DNA from: an uncultured Methanolobus sp.
GTDB taxonomy: Archaea > Halobacteriota > Methanosarcinia > Methanosarcinales > Methanosarcinaceae
DNA length: 64,000 nucleotides
Direction of reading: 5' to 3'
Assembly (NCBI GenBank): GCA_963675495.1
Contig: OY776215.1
Span: 992,001 to 1,056,000, forward strand
This document shows, piece after piece, positions 11,421-21,757 of the stretch. The position numbers were made by a program, and so were the translations under genes. The notes beneath the pieces were generated by a model that saw nothing but the letters and a program-made list of their open reading frames with translations, was not told where the DNA came from and ran no database searches. Position 1 is the first letter of the stretch; each line of letters starts with the position of its first letter.

Positions 11421-11445
11421 ATGAATACCTGATACTACCTAAAAG

Positions 11446-12027
11446 TCAAATACCTTGTGCCGACTTCAGAGATTCGATCCTGTTACTGAGTTCCTGGATC
11501 TCAGCCCCAATGCCGGACATATCACCTGGAAGCCAGAAACTGTAATCATAAAACTGGTTCAGTATGTCACTATACCTATGTTCAAGGTTTTCCAAATCTT
11601 TCGGATGAAATTTACCCTTATTGACAGAATCTATTTTGCCTTCAAGATTTTTAATCCTTTTATGCAGATTTTTGCTGAATCTGCTGGCCACCCTGCTAAA
11701 GTCAACTTCCCTCCTTTCCATTACAAGTATATCAATGACCTCGCTCAGATCGAAAGGGACTTCCGGAAAGGCGTTTGGTCCCGATATATAATAGGAAAGG
11801 TCATCCTCATCCAGACCTTCAACCTCTTCCCAGGAAACAACAGCAATAAGATGTTCTTTTTCAGCCTCTTCACAAATGTTTTTTATCGAAGGCAAAGTCA
11901 ATGGAACACTGCCCCTAAGTAAATATAATTCCTTTGTAACTGAATAAATTTCCCCTATCGACAGAGCACCAAGAGCATCGATTATTCCACAGAGTTCTTC
12001 TTTGCTTATCATATCAACCGGCCTCAT
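11446..12027 (-). CDS. Hypothetical protein (coupled to the upstream gene)
   Basis: 193-aa ORF overlapping the upstream stop by 1 nt. Confidence 0.7.
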   Translation of the reverse strand: MRPVDMISKEELCGIIDALGALSIGEIYSVTKELYLLRGSVPLTLPSIKNICEEAEKEHLIAVVSWEEVEGLDEDDLSYYISGPNAFPEVPFDLSEVIDILVMERREVDFSRVASRFSKNLHKRIKNLEGKIDSVNKGKFHPKDLENLEHRYSDILNQFYDYSFWLPGDMSGIGAEIQELSNRIESLKSAQGI

Positions 12028-13052
12028 CAGAACCTATATCTGCGATATATCAATATCTGCTTTAGGATATCTGAAACGTTATTCTTTTCTATGCGAATGT
12101 CAGAAGAAGACAATACCTGTTCAATATCCAGTTGAGCATCCATCGTAATTTCCCTTGCAAGCTGTGGGTCACCTGCTAAAATGAGATAGTCGATACTATC
12201 TTCGAATTCTTCAAGCAAACCTTTTAAGGAGCCTTTGACCTTGTCAATATGATGTGCAATATCCTCATCTCTTAGGCGCTCAAACCTTCTCTGACTGAAA
12301 CCTCCTTTTGCATGCTTGGCCTTGACACTGCTTTTTATCACCTGAAACGACTCAAACTCCACACGGTCAAATGATAGACCGACAAATGACTCACCTGCAT
12401 GCGCCACTAGGACGCACATACTTGCATCCTCATTTAGAGATTCCACGAAAGGAGTTGTGTCAAAATGGTCCCCGGTGTTCCAGCAAGACCTCTTCAGAGG
12501 CAAAGGAGGAACAATTAGTTCATTTATCATGTGGTCAGGAGAATAGAAAAGTACAAAACCTGTTGATGAGGCTATCTTCTCGATCAACACAAGAGTTTCA
12601 TTGTCAATCCTTTCAATCAGGTTTTCATGGTCCTTTATGTTATTCAGTTGTTCCCCGGCAGCAACATAGACCGTTAGTAGTGATTCTGTAGGGTACTTTA
12701 CAGATGAAATGGACGATATAAACTCTTCAGTTCGTTGCTTACTGAACTGGTCAACATGGGTAAAAGATAATTCCCCGGGAGTATCAGTCCTTTGTTTTTC
12801 AAGTTCGTGTTCCAGAGTAAGAAGTTTTACCTCTATAGATTTTAGTCCCTCTTCAGCTTCCTGTTTTGCTGCAATGGCTTTCTTTTCGGATGCCGCACTT
12901 TTTTCATGTCGTATATTAGCAGTCTTCACATCCAGCTCAAGCTCGAGTATGTGTGACTGAAGCCTGTTTATCTCAGTTTCCAGTTCTTCTTTACCTGAAT
13001 ATTTCTTGAAGATATAATTGATATTATTAAGAACCCTGTCTTTTTCGACCAT
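12027..13052 (-). CDS. acVLRF1 / Vms1-Ankzf1 family release-factor-like peptidyl-tRNA hydrolase with N-terminal coiled coil
   Basis: HAKGGFSQRRFER motif; coiled-coil first ~90 aa. Confidence 0.85.
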   Translation of the reverse strand: MVEKDRVLNNINYIFKKYSGKEELETEINRLQSHILELELDVKTANIRHEKSAASEKKAIAAKQEAEEGLKSIEVKLLTLEHELEKQRTDTPGELSFTHVDQFSKQRTEEFISSISSVKYPTESLLTVYVAAGEQLNNIKDHENLIERIDNETLVLIEKIASSTGFVLFYSPDHMINELIVPPLPLKRSCWNTGDHFDTTPFVESLNEDASMCVLVAHAGESFVGLSFDRVEFESFQVIKSSVKAKHAKGGFSQRRFERLRDEDIAHHIDKVKGSLKGLLEEFEDSIDYLILAGDPQLAREITMDAQLDIEQVLSSSDIRIEKNNVSDILKQILIYRRYRF

Positions 13053-13168
13053 CTACCTGCAATAAAAACGTCCTGTATAAAAAATCTGTCTATATGAAAT
13101 GATATAATCAAAACATAAACTACATTCAAATGAATAAAATGCTAAAAAAGGAAAATTAAAAAAGAATA

Positions 13169-13978
13169 TCAGGCATCCATCACAAGACGGAAACCTATTG
13201 AAGAGTCACCATCGCGAGGATCCTGTTTCTTTCTGTATGCCGTGTAGAGTGCATTTTCCTTGCTTGAGAAACTGCCTCCTCTTGCAATCCTCATGGAACT
13301 TGCTCCTTTCTCAACAGCACTCCCATCTTCGCTTGCGCCAGAATAACCATCCACCCAGCTATCCTGAACATATTCCCAGACATTGCCGTGGACATCATAA
13401 AGTCCCCATGGATTTGGGAGTTTTTCACCTACATTGTGGGTTTTTTCATATGAGTTCTCCTGATACCATGCATAGTCTCCCAGGAAAGGACCGTCATCCT
13501 CATCTATTTCACCAAATGAATAGAGAGTTGTAGTACCTGCTGCTGCTGCATATTCCCATTCTGCTTCAGTTGGGAGCCTGTACTTTGTAGTACCCTCCAT
13601 CTCATTGAGTTTGTCAATGAATTCCTGAACCTCATTCCACGAAACACTTTCAACAGGCTGGTCTTCACCTTGAAACTCTGAAGGATTGCTGCCCATTACT
13701 GCTGCCCACTGCGCCTGAGTTACCTCATATTTCCCAATGTAAAAATCATTTGCAAGCCTTACTTCATGAATTGGCTGTGAGTATGCATACTTGGATGTAC
13801 CCATGTCAAAGCTTCCGGCTTCAATTAACTGGAATTCGGCATCAAAAGAGCTTGTTGATGATCCTGATGCTCCGCGGTCTTCACTATCGCTACCACTATC
13901 ATCTGAACATCCTGTTACAGATATTGCAAGCAGGAGCACTGCTAAAATTGTAATTATTTGTTTCGTACCTATCCGCAT
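13169..13978 (-). CDS. FGE-sulfatase (SUMF1) domain lipoprotein
   Basis: Lipobox VTGC; RLPTEAEWEYA, GLYDVHGNVWE, RGGSF, IGFRL motifs. Confidence 0.9.
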   Translation of the reverse strand: MRIGTKQIITILAVLLLAISVTGCSDDSGSDSEDRGASGSSTSSFDAEFQLIEAGSFDMGTSKYAYSQPIHEVRLANDFYIGKYEVTQAQWAAVMGSNPSEFQGEDQPVESVSWNEVQEFIDKLNEMEGTTKYRLPTEAEWEYAAAAGTTTLYSFGEIDEDDGPFLGDYAWYQENSYEKTHNVGEKLPNPWGLYDVHGNVWEYVQDSWVDGYSGASEDGSAVEKGASSMRIARGGSFSSKENALYTAYRKKQDPRDGDSSIGFRLVMDA

Positions 13979-14102
13979 AATAAGTCCTCTTTGAGAGATT
14001 TTTCAGACACTATAATATTAATAGATATCTATTTGATACTTGTTGGTACAGTAGAAATATACAAATATAGATAAAACATATTGATGAAATTGTGATTATT
14101 CG

Positions 14103-15335
14103 ATGAAAAAAATAACAAGTATTTTGATCACTGTTTTACTTATAACAACCATGGGAATAGGTTGCGTTGAATCGACTGAAGAAACAGCGGTTGAATCCGG
14201 CGATATAACCATCGGAGCACTTTTGCCACTTACAGGCAACCTCGCCTCGATCGGTGAAGCAAGCCAGGCAGCGCTTGAAGTGTCAAGCAAGGACGTTAAC
14301 GACTATTTCTCAGGACTTGGCTCAGAAACAAGCGTGGAAGTAATTGTAAAAGATACTGAGAGTGAACCGGAGAAAGCTCTGGAACAGCTCAAGGAACTTG
14401 AAGAGATGGGAATTAAGATCGTAATTGGTCCACAGGCAAGCAATGAGGCAGAAGCGGTCCTGGAATATGCAACCGAGAATGGCATGATCCTTCTGAGTAC
14501 TGCATCAACGGCTCCAGCTTTAGCAATTCCTGAAGACAATCTGTTCAGACTCGTACCTGACGACACCAAACAGGGACTGGGCATCGCTACACTAATGAAA
14601 GAAGAAGGAATTAGTGTTGTAATCCCAATGTACAGGAATGACGTATGGGGCAACGGACTCTCTGATGAAGTAAAAATTAGTTTTGAAACTCTTGGCGGTA
14701 CAGTACTGGAAGGCGTTACATATGAAATTGATAATGAAGACCTTTCCGCAGAAGTAGAATCACTTAATGAGAAAGTAACAGCAGCCACTTCAGAATACGA
14801 TGCCGGCTCTGTAGCAGTACTCCTTTGCTCTCATGGAGAGGCAACCGAGATATTTACTCTGGCCCAGGACTATCCAGCTCTGTCAACTGTCAACTGGTAT
14901 GGAAGTGACGGAATAGCACTTAACAGTGAACTTGTCAACAATGATGATGCAGCCAGCTTTGCTGTAGCAACCAATCTCATGGCACCAATATACGGAAGTG
15001 ATGGAAGGAACATTAAATATCAGGAAATTGGATCCAGAATTGAAGAAGAGATTGGAAGACTTCCTGATACTTACGCATACGCTACATATGACGCCCTCTG
15101 GATACTTACATTTGTAGACCTTGATTCAAACCCTGAAGATGAGGAAAGTGTAAAACTGGCAATGGATACACTCGCTGAATTACACTATGGTGTCACAGGA
15201 TGGGCAAAACTCGATGAGGACGGGGACAGAGAACACTGGAACTACGACATATGGACCGTGACTGAAGAAGATGGAAGTTACCAGTGGGAGCTTGCTGCAA
15301 GATACTTCTGTCATTTAGGCTTAGAGTTATTGTAA
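14103..15335 (+). CDS. ABC-type (LivJ-like) substrate-binding lipoprotein, orphan
   Basis: Lipobox IGC; IGALLPLTG, LFRLVPDD, YATYDA; no permease or ATPase adjacent. Confidence 0.85.
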   Translation: MKKITSILITVLLITTMGIGCVESTEETAVESGDITIGALLPLTGNLASIGEASQAALEVSSKDVNDYFSGLGSETSVEVIVKDTESEPEKALEQLKELEEMGIKIVIGPQASNEAEAVLEYATENGMILLSTASTAPALAIPEDNLFRLVPDDTKQGLGIATLMKEEGISVVIPMYRNDVWGNGLSDEVKISFETLGGTVLEGVTYEIDNEDLSAEVESLNEKVTAATSEYDAGSVAVLLCSHGEATEIFTLAQDYPALSTVNWYGSDGIALNSELVNNDDAASFAVATNLMAPIYGSDGRNIKYQEIGSRIEEEIGRLPDTYAYATYDALWILTFVDLDSNPEDEESVKLAMDTLAELHYGVTGWAKLDEDGDREHWNYDIWTVTEEDGSYQWELAARYFCHLGLELL

Positions 15336-15368
15336 ATCAAGAATAGAAAAACAATATTTATTGAATAA

Positions 15369-15420
15369 ATGTGGTGTACTCACACCACATATTTACTTTT
15401 TTGTTTTTGTTACATTCTTT
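15369..15420. terminator. Hairpin plus T-tract between convergent genes
   Basis: ATGTGGTGT-ACTC-ACACCACAT followed by a T-rich run. Confidence 0.55.
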
Positions 15421-15446
15421 TTCTGTTGCGTATTCTGTTATGAGAA

Positions 15447-16469
15447 CTACTCAAAATACTCGAACGCATCGATTATGTCCAGATAGACACCATCAAAGTC
15501 CGCATCCAGTATCATATCAAGATACGCACCCTCATCCCCATAGATGAGAGTCTGCCACTCTTCATCCCAGTAGCGCACCTTATAGTTGTCTTCCCAGTCA
15601 GGGTTCTCTGTTCCAAGCCACTCAGGCGATCCTATACGCCATGAATCATCCCAGTAGTAGCGATAGCTTTCAGACTCACCGATACTCATGTAGGCGATTA
15701 CAATACGTGAACCACCGTTGGATTTTGTTTTCAGAGAAGTAACATCGTCTGCTTCCAGGGGAATATCATAATAGAACAGGTCGATGAGAATTATATCGTA
15801 GTCCGTTTCCTGCAAGGTTTCCAGAAACTCTTCCTTGCTGTCAAATGTTTCAGGATTGATCATGTACAGGAAATTCTTCGCATCATCAAGCGAAATAACA
15901 TCATCTGCATTTACATTGAAAGGCTTCACCGGATAATCCGGGATTGTATCAAGCCCCCTGCTCTCAGCAGCGAAGGAAATGTAATCCCTGTCGGCATTCT
16001 CACGAGAGGAAGCATCGACATACGATTCATTCCAGCAATAATCAGTTACAAGAACCACCACACCGTTGTCCCTGGCAATATCAAGCAATGATTCCATGTA
16101 TTCAGTATCTTCCTCGTTTGTTGCCACGTTATCGTCATCATAGCCAAAGAAGAGGTCTTCCCTGCCAACTCCATCTATGGCTGCAATGTAATCCTGTACA
16201 ACTGGGTCATCAGGATGTCCACCTGACGTGAGTAGTTCCTGACCATTCTGCGGGATTATTATGAAATCCGGGTTCTTTTGTTTTGAGTAAGTGCTGATGC
16301 CGATGACAAAATCACGCATTTGCTGGCGGTAGTCTTGATCTGAAACGGAACTATCGATAGGAGCATCAGATTTAGTATCCAGACATCCTGACGGCAGGAG
16401 TATCAATGTAACGAGAAAAATAGCTGCAAGTAATTTTAGGTCCATATATGGATAGTATGGCAAGAACAA
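15447..16469 (-). CDS. MJ1477/TM1410 (GH114-like) endo-alpha-1,4-polygalactosaminidase family lipoprotein, circularly permuted
   Basis: Lipobox SGC; IIPQNG, AYMSIGE, FDGVYLDIID motifs. Confidence 0.85.
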   Translation of the reverse strand: MFLPYYPYMDLKLLAAIFLVTLILLPSGCLDTKSDAPIDSSVSDQDYRQQMRDFVIGISTYSKQKNPDFIIIPQNGQELLTSGGHPDDPVVQDYIAAIDGVGREDLFFGYDDDNVATNEEDTEYMESLLDIARDNGVVVLVTDYCWNESYVDASSRENADRDYISFAAESRGLDTIPDYPVKPFNVNADDVISLDDAKNFLYMINPETFDSKEEFLETLQETDYDIILIDLFYYDIPLEADDVTSLKTKSNGGSRIVIAYMSIGESESYRYYWDDSWRIGSPEWLGTENPDWEDNYKVRYWDEEWQTLIYGDEGAYLDMILDADFDGVYLDIIDAFEYFE

Positions 16470-16477
16470 AATAAATG

Positions 16478-17017
16478 TTAGTCTTCACCCGCATCATAAT
16501 CAGGATTCATCCATGCCATAGGAATATCCGCCTCAAATCCACCGTCCTTTCTGCGAACCTTATTCTTGAATCTACCTTCCTCGACAAAACCAAGTGATCT
16601 GTAAAGTTTTCTGGCAGCATGGTTGCTCTCTTTGCTTATCAGTTCGATTCTGAGGACGTCAGGGTGTTCTGCCCTTACTTTATCGAGCATGGTAGTGAAA
16701 AGCGTCCTACCAATACCTTTATTCTGAAAGGATGGATGCACGGCAATTGTCAGGTGCTCGAATACATGAGAGAACACACTTAAAGATGAACGATATGTGT
16801 GTATCTCGGCAATTATACGGTCGCTCTCAGTATCATCGACCACGAGGATGATGCCATCTGCAAGACTGTTTATGAGGAACTTTTCTATGTATCCCTCTGT
16901 GACCTCGTGGGGTTCACGGATAATACCGCCGGAGCGCGAGACTACCTCACGGTAGAGAGTGAGGAGTTTGTGTTTATCTGCGAGCGTTGCGGAGCGAGGA
17001 ATTAATGGAGAAGTCAA
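16478..17017 (-). CDS. GNAT N-acetyltransferase
   Basis: VHPSFQNKGIG and N.AARKLY..LGF motifs. Confidence 0.9.
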   Translation of the reverse strand: MTSPLIPRSATLADKHKLLTLYREVVSRSGGIIREPHEVTEGYIEKFLINSLADGIILVVDDTESDRIIAEIHTYRSSLSVFSHVFEHLTIAVHPSFQNKGIGRTLFTTMLDKVRAEHPDVLRIELISKESNHAARKLYRSLGFVEEGRFKNKVRRKDGGFEADIPMAWMNPDYDAGED

Positions 17018-17175
17018 TGTAAAGTCACCTTTTATTCAATCTGTAAACCTAATATTGTCCTAGTATATTATAGTGATATAATAAATGGCTTAAAATGCAC
17101 TAAAAACTGCGAACTATTTTATCCACCTTACTTAAATACTAAAAATCCAGTTATTTAATCAAAAAAGGACATAAT

Positions 17176-18423
17176 ATGCTTCAAATTCCAAACGAACATC
17201 CAACACTCTGGATAAAATCCACAAAATCCCAGTCACTTCAGGGAAAGACCATCGTGCTTGCAGTCACTGGCAGCATCGCTGCTGTAAGAACAGTGGAACT
17301 TGCCCGGGAATTCATACGCAGAGGTGCTGATGTCCATGCAGTCGTGAGCGAGGCTGCCGGGTGGATAATCAACCCAATGGCCCTGCATTACGCAACCGGA
17401 AATGAGGTCATCACCGCAATCACCGGGAAAGTGGAACATGTGGAGTTCTTTGGCAACCTTGGCAGGGCAGATCTGTTGCTTGTGGCACCTGCAACAGCCA
17501 ACACGATCGGGAAGATAGCAGCAGGAATAGATGACACACCCGTAACAACGTTTGCTACCACAGCCATCGGAGCAGGTAAACCTGTAATGATAGTACCTGC
17601 CATGCATGAAGATATGTACAATCATCCGGCAGTTGTGAAAAACATAGAGAATATCAAGGACTGGGGAATCAGCTTCATCGGACCCAGGATTGAGGAAGGC
17701 ATAGCCAAGATAGCTAGGAATGATGATATAGTTCTTGAGGTTGAGAGAGAGATCGGGCAAAGGACACTTTGCGGGAAGAGGATACTCATCACAAGCGGGT
17801 CTACTGCAGAACCTATCGACCCAATACGCATCCTGACCAATAGGGCATCAGGGAAGACTGGTGTTGAGCTGGCACTTGAAGCTTACCGCAGGGGTGCTGA
17901 TGTAACTATTGTGCATAGAAACAAGCTTGAAATCTGCGGCATCAATGAGATATATGCTGAAACTGCGGCGCAGATGACAGATTCAGTGCTGGATGAACTT
18001 GGAAAGGGCTATGATGTGCTTATAAGTTCTGCTGCCATTGCAGATTATACAATAGATGCCATTGGGAAGAAGATCAAATCAGGCGGCGAGTTTAACCTCT
18101 CCATGAAACCTACACGTAAACTAATAAAAGAAGCAAGGAATGCTCATCCGGAAATACGTATCGTTGGTTTCAAGGCGGAAGCCGGGATCGATAAAGATGA
18201 ACTGCTTTCAAGGGCAAAACAAACACTTGACAGCTCCGGACTTGACATGATAGTTGCAAATGAGGTCAGTGAGAAGGGCATGGGAACAGAGGACAACTGT
18301 GTATACATCATCCACGCGGATTATAATATAGGTACAAACAACATCACAGGTTCCAAGAGCATGATAGCATGTGTACTGATGGATGATATCACAGAAATGC
18401 TTGCATTAAAGGAAGAACATTAA
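17176..18423 (+). CDS. coaBC: Phosphopantothenoylcysteine decarboxylase/synthetase
   Basis: VTGSIAA, APATANT, PAMH..MY, TNRASGKTG motifs. Confidence 0.95.
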   Translation: MLQIPNEHPTLWIKSTKSQSLQGKTIVLAVTGSIAAVRTVELAREFIRRGADVHAVVSEAAGWIINPMALHYATGNEVITAITGKVEHVEFFGNLGRADLLLVAPATANTIGKIAAGIDDTPVTTFATTAIGAGKPVMIVPAMHEDMYNHPAVVKNIENIKDWGISFIGPRIEEGIAKIARNDDIVLEVEREIGQRTLCGKRILITSGSTAEPIDPIRILTNRASGKTGVELALEAYRRGADVTIVHRNKLEICGINEIYAETAAQMTDSVLDELGKGYDVLISSAAIADYTIDAIGKKIKSGGEFNLSMKPTRKLIKEARNAHPEIRIVGFKAEAGIDKDELLSRAKQTLDSSGLDMIVANEVSEKGMGTEDNCVYIIHADYNIGTNNITGSKSMIACVLMDDITEMLALKEEH

Positions 18424-19317
18424 ATGCCCTGTGAAGAAATATCCAGCGCAACGGCTTTTGCACCGGGTCATATTACCGGCTTTTTTGAGATACACGACCA
18501 CACGAATCCCATAATGAAAGGATCCACAGGGTGTGGAATTGTACTTGATGCAGGAATTAAGACTACTGTATCATGTACTGATGAAGTGGAAAAAACCGAG
18601 ATCATACTTAACGACAAAAATACCAGTGGGGACACGATACGCACTGTAATTAAAATGCTCACCGACAGACCGGTTAAAGTGGAATGTCAGGCAGACATAC
18701 CCATAGAATGCGGACTCGGAGCATCTGGTGCCGGTGCCCTTGGTACAGCATACGCATTGAACCATGCACTCTCGCTTGATTTGACCGCAAACAAACTAAA
18801 TGAGATAGCACATGTTGCTGAAGTAAAGAACAGTAGCGGGTTAGGGGATGTGGCTGCCCAGTCCCTTGGAGGAGTCGTTATGAGAACCTCACCCGGAGCA
18901 CCTGATATTGCCACTCATGACCAGATATCATCTCCTGATTATAATATATACTGTCTGGTGCTCGGTAAATTATCAACTGGTTCAGTACTTGGCAACAGGC
19001 AGCAGGTTGAAAAGATCAATTCTGCCGGTAGAGAATCTATGAAACAACTCATGAAGAAGCCAACAATTGAGAAGTTCATGCATTGTTCCAGAGACTTTGC
19101 CATTGGAACAGGACTTGCAGACGAAAAGATAATAGAGATAATTGAAGCCGTTCAATCTGTAGGCGGACTGGCCTCGCAGGCAATGCTTGGTAATACAGTG
19201 TTTGCGCTCGGAACTAATAATAAGAGCTGCCCCAATGAGAATATTACCGAGGTACTTACTGATTTTGGAGACGTTTTGAATTATCGGATAAAACCTTCGG
19301 GTATCAGAATGATGTGA
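18424..19317 (+). CDS. Pantoate kinase (GHMP family)
   Basis: FAPGHITGFF, GLGASGA, GLGDV, SQAMLG motifs; CoA operon context. Confidence 0.92.
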   Translation: MPCEEISSATAFAPGHITGFFEIHDHTNPIMKGSTGCGIVLDAGIKTTVSCTDEVEKTEIILNDKNTSGDTIRTVIKMLTDRPVKVECQADIPIECGLGASGAGALGTAYALNHALSLDLTANKLNEIAHVAEVKNSSGLGDVAAQSLGGVVMRTSPGAPDIATHDQISSPDYNIYCLVLGKLSTGSVLGNRQQVEKINSAGRESMKQLMKKPTIEKFMHCSRDFAIGTGLADEKIIEIIEAVQSVGGLASQAMLGNTVFALGTNNKSCPNENITEVLTDFGDVLNYRIKPSGIRMM

Positions 19318-19393
19318 GCAAAAGCCTATTTAATATACGCATAATAATGTAGTGAAACGTTTTTTAAGGAAGTTCAAGGAGAAGTGAAAGACC

Positions 19394-20332
19394 ATGGTCG
19401 TAGAAGATGAATGGGATCCTAAACCAAAAGGGATGCCAGATATACCGAAGGAAATACCCCAGATATTCACTAAGATATTCCGTTCAGTCGCAATCGTTTT
19501 CGTAATATTGATAATATTTTCAATACTATTCGGTTCAATTTTTGTTTCAGTTGGTGCCGGAGAAGTAGGTGTGAAATTCAACCAGTTCGGTGGTGTTGAA
19601 GGAGATGAACTTGGCGAAGGATTGCATATCGTACCGCCATGGATCAGTGTTACCAAATACTCGGTCAGAAGTGAAACATACACCATGAGCGGAAAGACAG
19701 GCGAAGGTCAGATAGTAGGAGATGACCAGATCACAGCTCTTACATTGGAAGGACTTACCCTGGGACTGGATATCACTGTAAGGTACAGGTTGATGTCTGA
19801 TGAGGTAAGTACCGTTCACCAGACTCTTGGAACTAACTACGCGGAAAAAATAGTTCGCCCCACAATAAAATCATCCATACGTGAAGTAGTATCCACCAAA
19901 ACAGCCTTGCAGGTATATGGCGAGGAAAGACAACTTGTAGCAGGAGAAATGCTGAACAATATCGACAAAGCTTTGGGAAACGATGGTATCATCGTGGAAG
20001 AAGTGCTTGTAAGGAATGTTGTATTGCCAACAAGGGTTGCTGAAGCAATCGAGGCAAAACTTCAGGCTGACCAGGACGCCCAGAGGATGATATTCGTAAA
20101 ACAAAAAGAACAGCTGGAAGCAGAAAGGAAGATAATTGAAGCCAACGGTATTGCAAATGCGACCATAGCAAAAGCATACGGTGAAGCTGAAGCACTTGGA
20201 ATAATTAATGAAGAGCTGGCAAAGAATCCTAACCTTATAAACTACAAGTACATAGAAATGTTGCAGGGCCAGGAAATACAGACAATGCTTGTTCCCACGG
20301 ACCAGGGAATAATACTGGACGCCAGTAAATGA
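19394..20332 (+). CDS. SPFH/prohibitin (band 7) membrane protein
   Basis: TM helix, EGLHIV.PW, AIEAKLQA coiled coil. Confidence 0.9.
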   Translation: MVVEDEWDPKPKGMPDIPKEIPQIFTKIFRSVAIVFVILIIFSILFGSIFVSVGAGEVGVKFNQFGGVEGDELGEGLHIVPPWISVTKYSVRSETYTMSGKTGEGQIVGDDQITALTLEGLTLGLDITVRYRLMSDEVSTVHQTLGTNYAEKIVRPTIKSSIREVVSTKTALQVYGEERQLVAGEMLNNIDKALGNDGIIVEEVLVRNVVLPTRVAEAIEAKLQADQDAQRMIFVKQKEQLEAERKIIEANGIANATIAKAYGEAEALGIINEELAKNPNLINYKYIEMLQGQEIQTMLVPTDQGIILDASK

Positions 20333-20354
20333 ACACAAGGAGAAAACAGACTGA

Positions 20355-21125
20355 ATGACAGAAATTCCCAGAGACCACCCCCGATATGACTCTCTCATCA
20401 CAAGAGAAAAGATAGTTGAAGGGGTCAATATGGGCATTACCAGCAAGCAAGGACTGGTTGCCCAGGGGCGTGGTGAAGCCTTTGACTACATAATCGGAGA
20501 GAAGACGATCGAATCAGCAGCAATTGCCGAAAGAGCGGCAGTTGCACACATACTCCTTGCAGAGAACCCAATAATATCTGTGAACGGCAACACTGCAGCC
20601 CTTGTACCTGACCTGATGGTATCACTTGCTGATGCTACAGGTGCAAGACTGGAAGTAAACCTTTTCCACAGAAGCGATGCAAGAGTGCACAAGATCACTG
20701 AGCATCTAAAGGCACATGGTGCGGGTGTGGTCCTTGGCGGGAAAGGTGACAAGAGACTTGACCTTTCACATGATAGAGCCATTGTTGATGATGAAGGCAT
20801 TTTCAGTGCAGATGTTGTGCTGGTACCCCTTGAGGATGGAGACCGCTGCCAGAAACTAGTGGAAATGGGAAAGACCGTTATTGCAATAGACCTCAATCCT
20901 CTTTCCAGAACCTCTCTTACATCTACGGTCACAATTGTTGACAATGTCACCAGAGCACTCAACAATATGGTCCAGTTCACAGAGGATATGAAAGGCGGAA
21001 GCAAGGACTCACTTCAAGCTGTTATTGATGCCTATGATAATGACAGAGTCTTATCAGATGCCCTTTATTCCATGCAGGAACACCTGAAAAACAAAGCCGA
21101 AGAGAAGGGAATTACATGGACATAA
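20355..21125 (+). CDS. 4-phosphopantoate--beta-alanine ligase (phosphopantothenate synthetase)
   Basis: HPRYDSL, GRGEAFDY, PLEDGDR, DLNPLSRT motifs. Confidence 0.95.
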   Translation: MTEIPRDHPRYDSLITREKIVEGVNMGITSKQGLVAQGRGEAFDYIIGEKTIESAAIAERAAVAHILLAENPIISVNGNTAALVPDLMVSLADATGARLEVNLFHRSDARVHKITEHLKAHGAGVVLGGKGDKRLDLSHDRAIVDDEGIFSADVVLVPLEDGDRCQKLVEMGKTVIAIDLNPLSRTSLTSTVTIVDNVTRALNNMVQFTEDMKGGSKDSLQAVIDAYDNDRVLSDALYSMQEHLKNKAEEKGITWT

Positions 21126-21757
21126 TAGAGACAACACGCAAGTTTGTTTCTGCGGTGCTTGCAGATGAGCCAAGTACACATGACATGTCACATATTGAAC
21201 GTGTTGAAAACACCTGTGTAAAACTACACGAAAAAGAAGGTGGAGATATTCAGGTCCTGCGTCTTGCAGCCCTTCTTCATGATGTAGGGATCGTAAGAGA
21301 GCACAAAGAAGGTGGAAATCACGCAGAATACAGTGCGGAAATTGCGCGTGAATTCCTAAATGATAACGGAGCAGAGGCAGAACTTATAGACCATGTAACA
21401 TCATGCATACTCACCCACCGTTTCAGCCGTGGAATGAAGGCGCAGACCATTGAGGCTAAGATACTTCAGGATGCTGACAGAATAGATGCACTGGGAGCCG
21501 TTGGCATTTTTCGCTCCCTTGTATCAATGGGAGCTTTACGAGCATTGAAACAGACCATCGGGACTGTGAAGGAAACTTCTATGAATGCTTACACTGAAGA
21601 CCCCTTCGATGGGTTTTATGATTATATGGAAAGGAAGCCTTTCAAAATACCGGAAAGGCTCAATACAAAAACCGCAAAAATAATCGCAGAGCAGAGACTT
21701 GCAATTATGCGGATGTATCTGGAAGAACTAAAGGAAGAAACATCAGGAGATATATAA
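21116..21757 (+). CDS. HD-domain phosphohydrolase
   Basis: HD..H..RV, LLHDVG, QDADRIDALG motifs. Confidence 0.9.
   Translation: MDIIETTRKFVSAVLADEPSTHDMSHIERVENTCVKLHEKEGGDIQVLRLAALLHDVGIVREHKEGGNHAEYSAEIAREFLNDNGAEAELIDHVTSCILTHRFSRGMKAQTIEAKILQDADRIDALGAVGIFRSLVSMGALRALKQTIGTVKETSMNAYTEDPFDGFYDYMERKPFKIPERLNTKTAKIIAEQRLAIMRMYLEELKEETSGDI

Noticed and set aside
13169-13978. FGE/CLec-fold protein as a diversity-generating retroelement target
   Set aside because: No template repeat of its 3' end and no reverse transcriptase in the window
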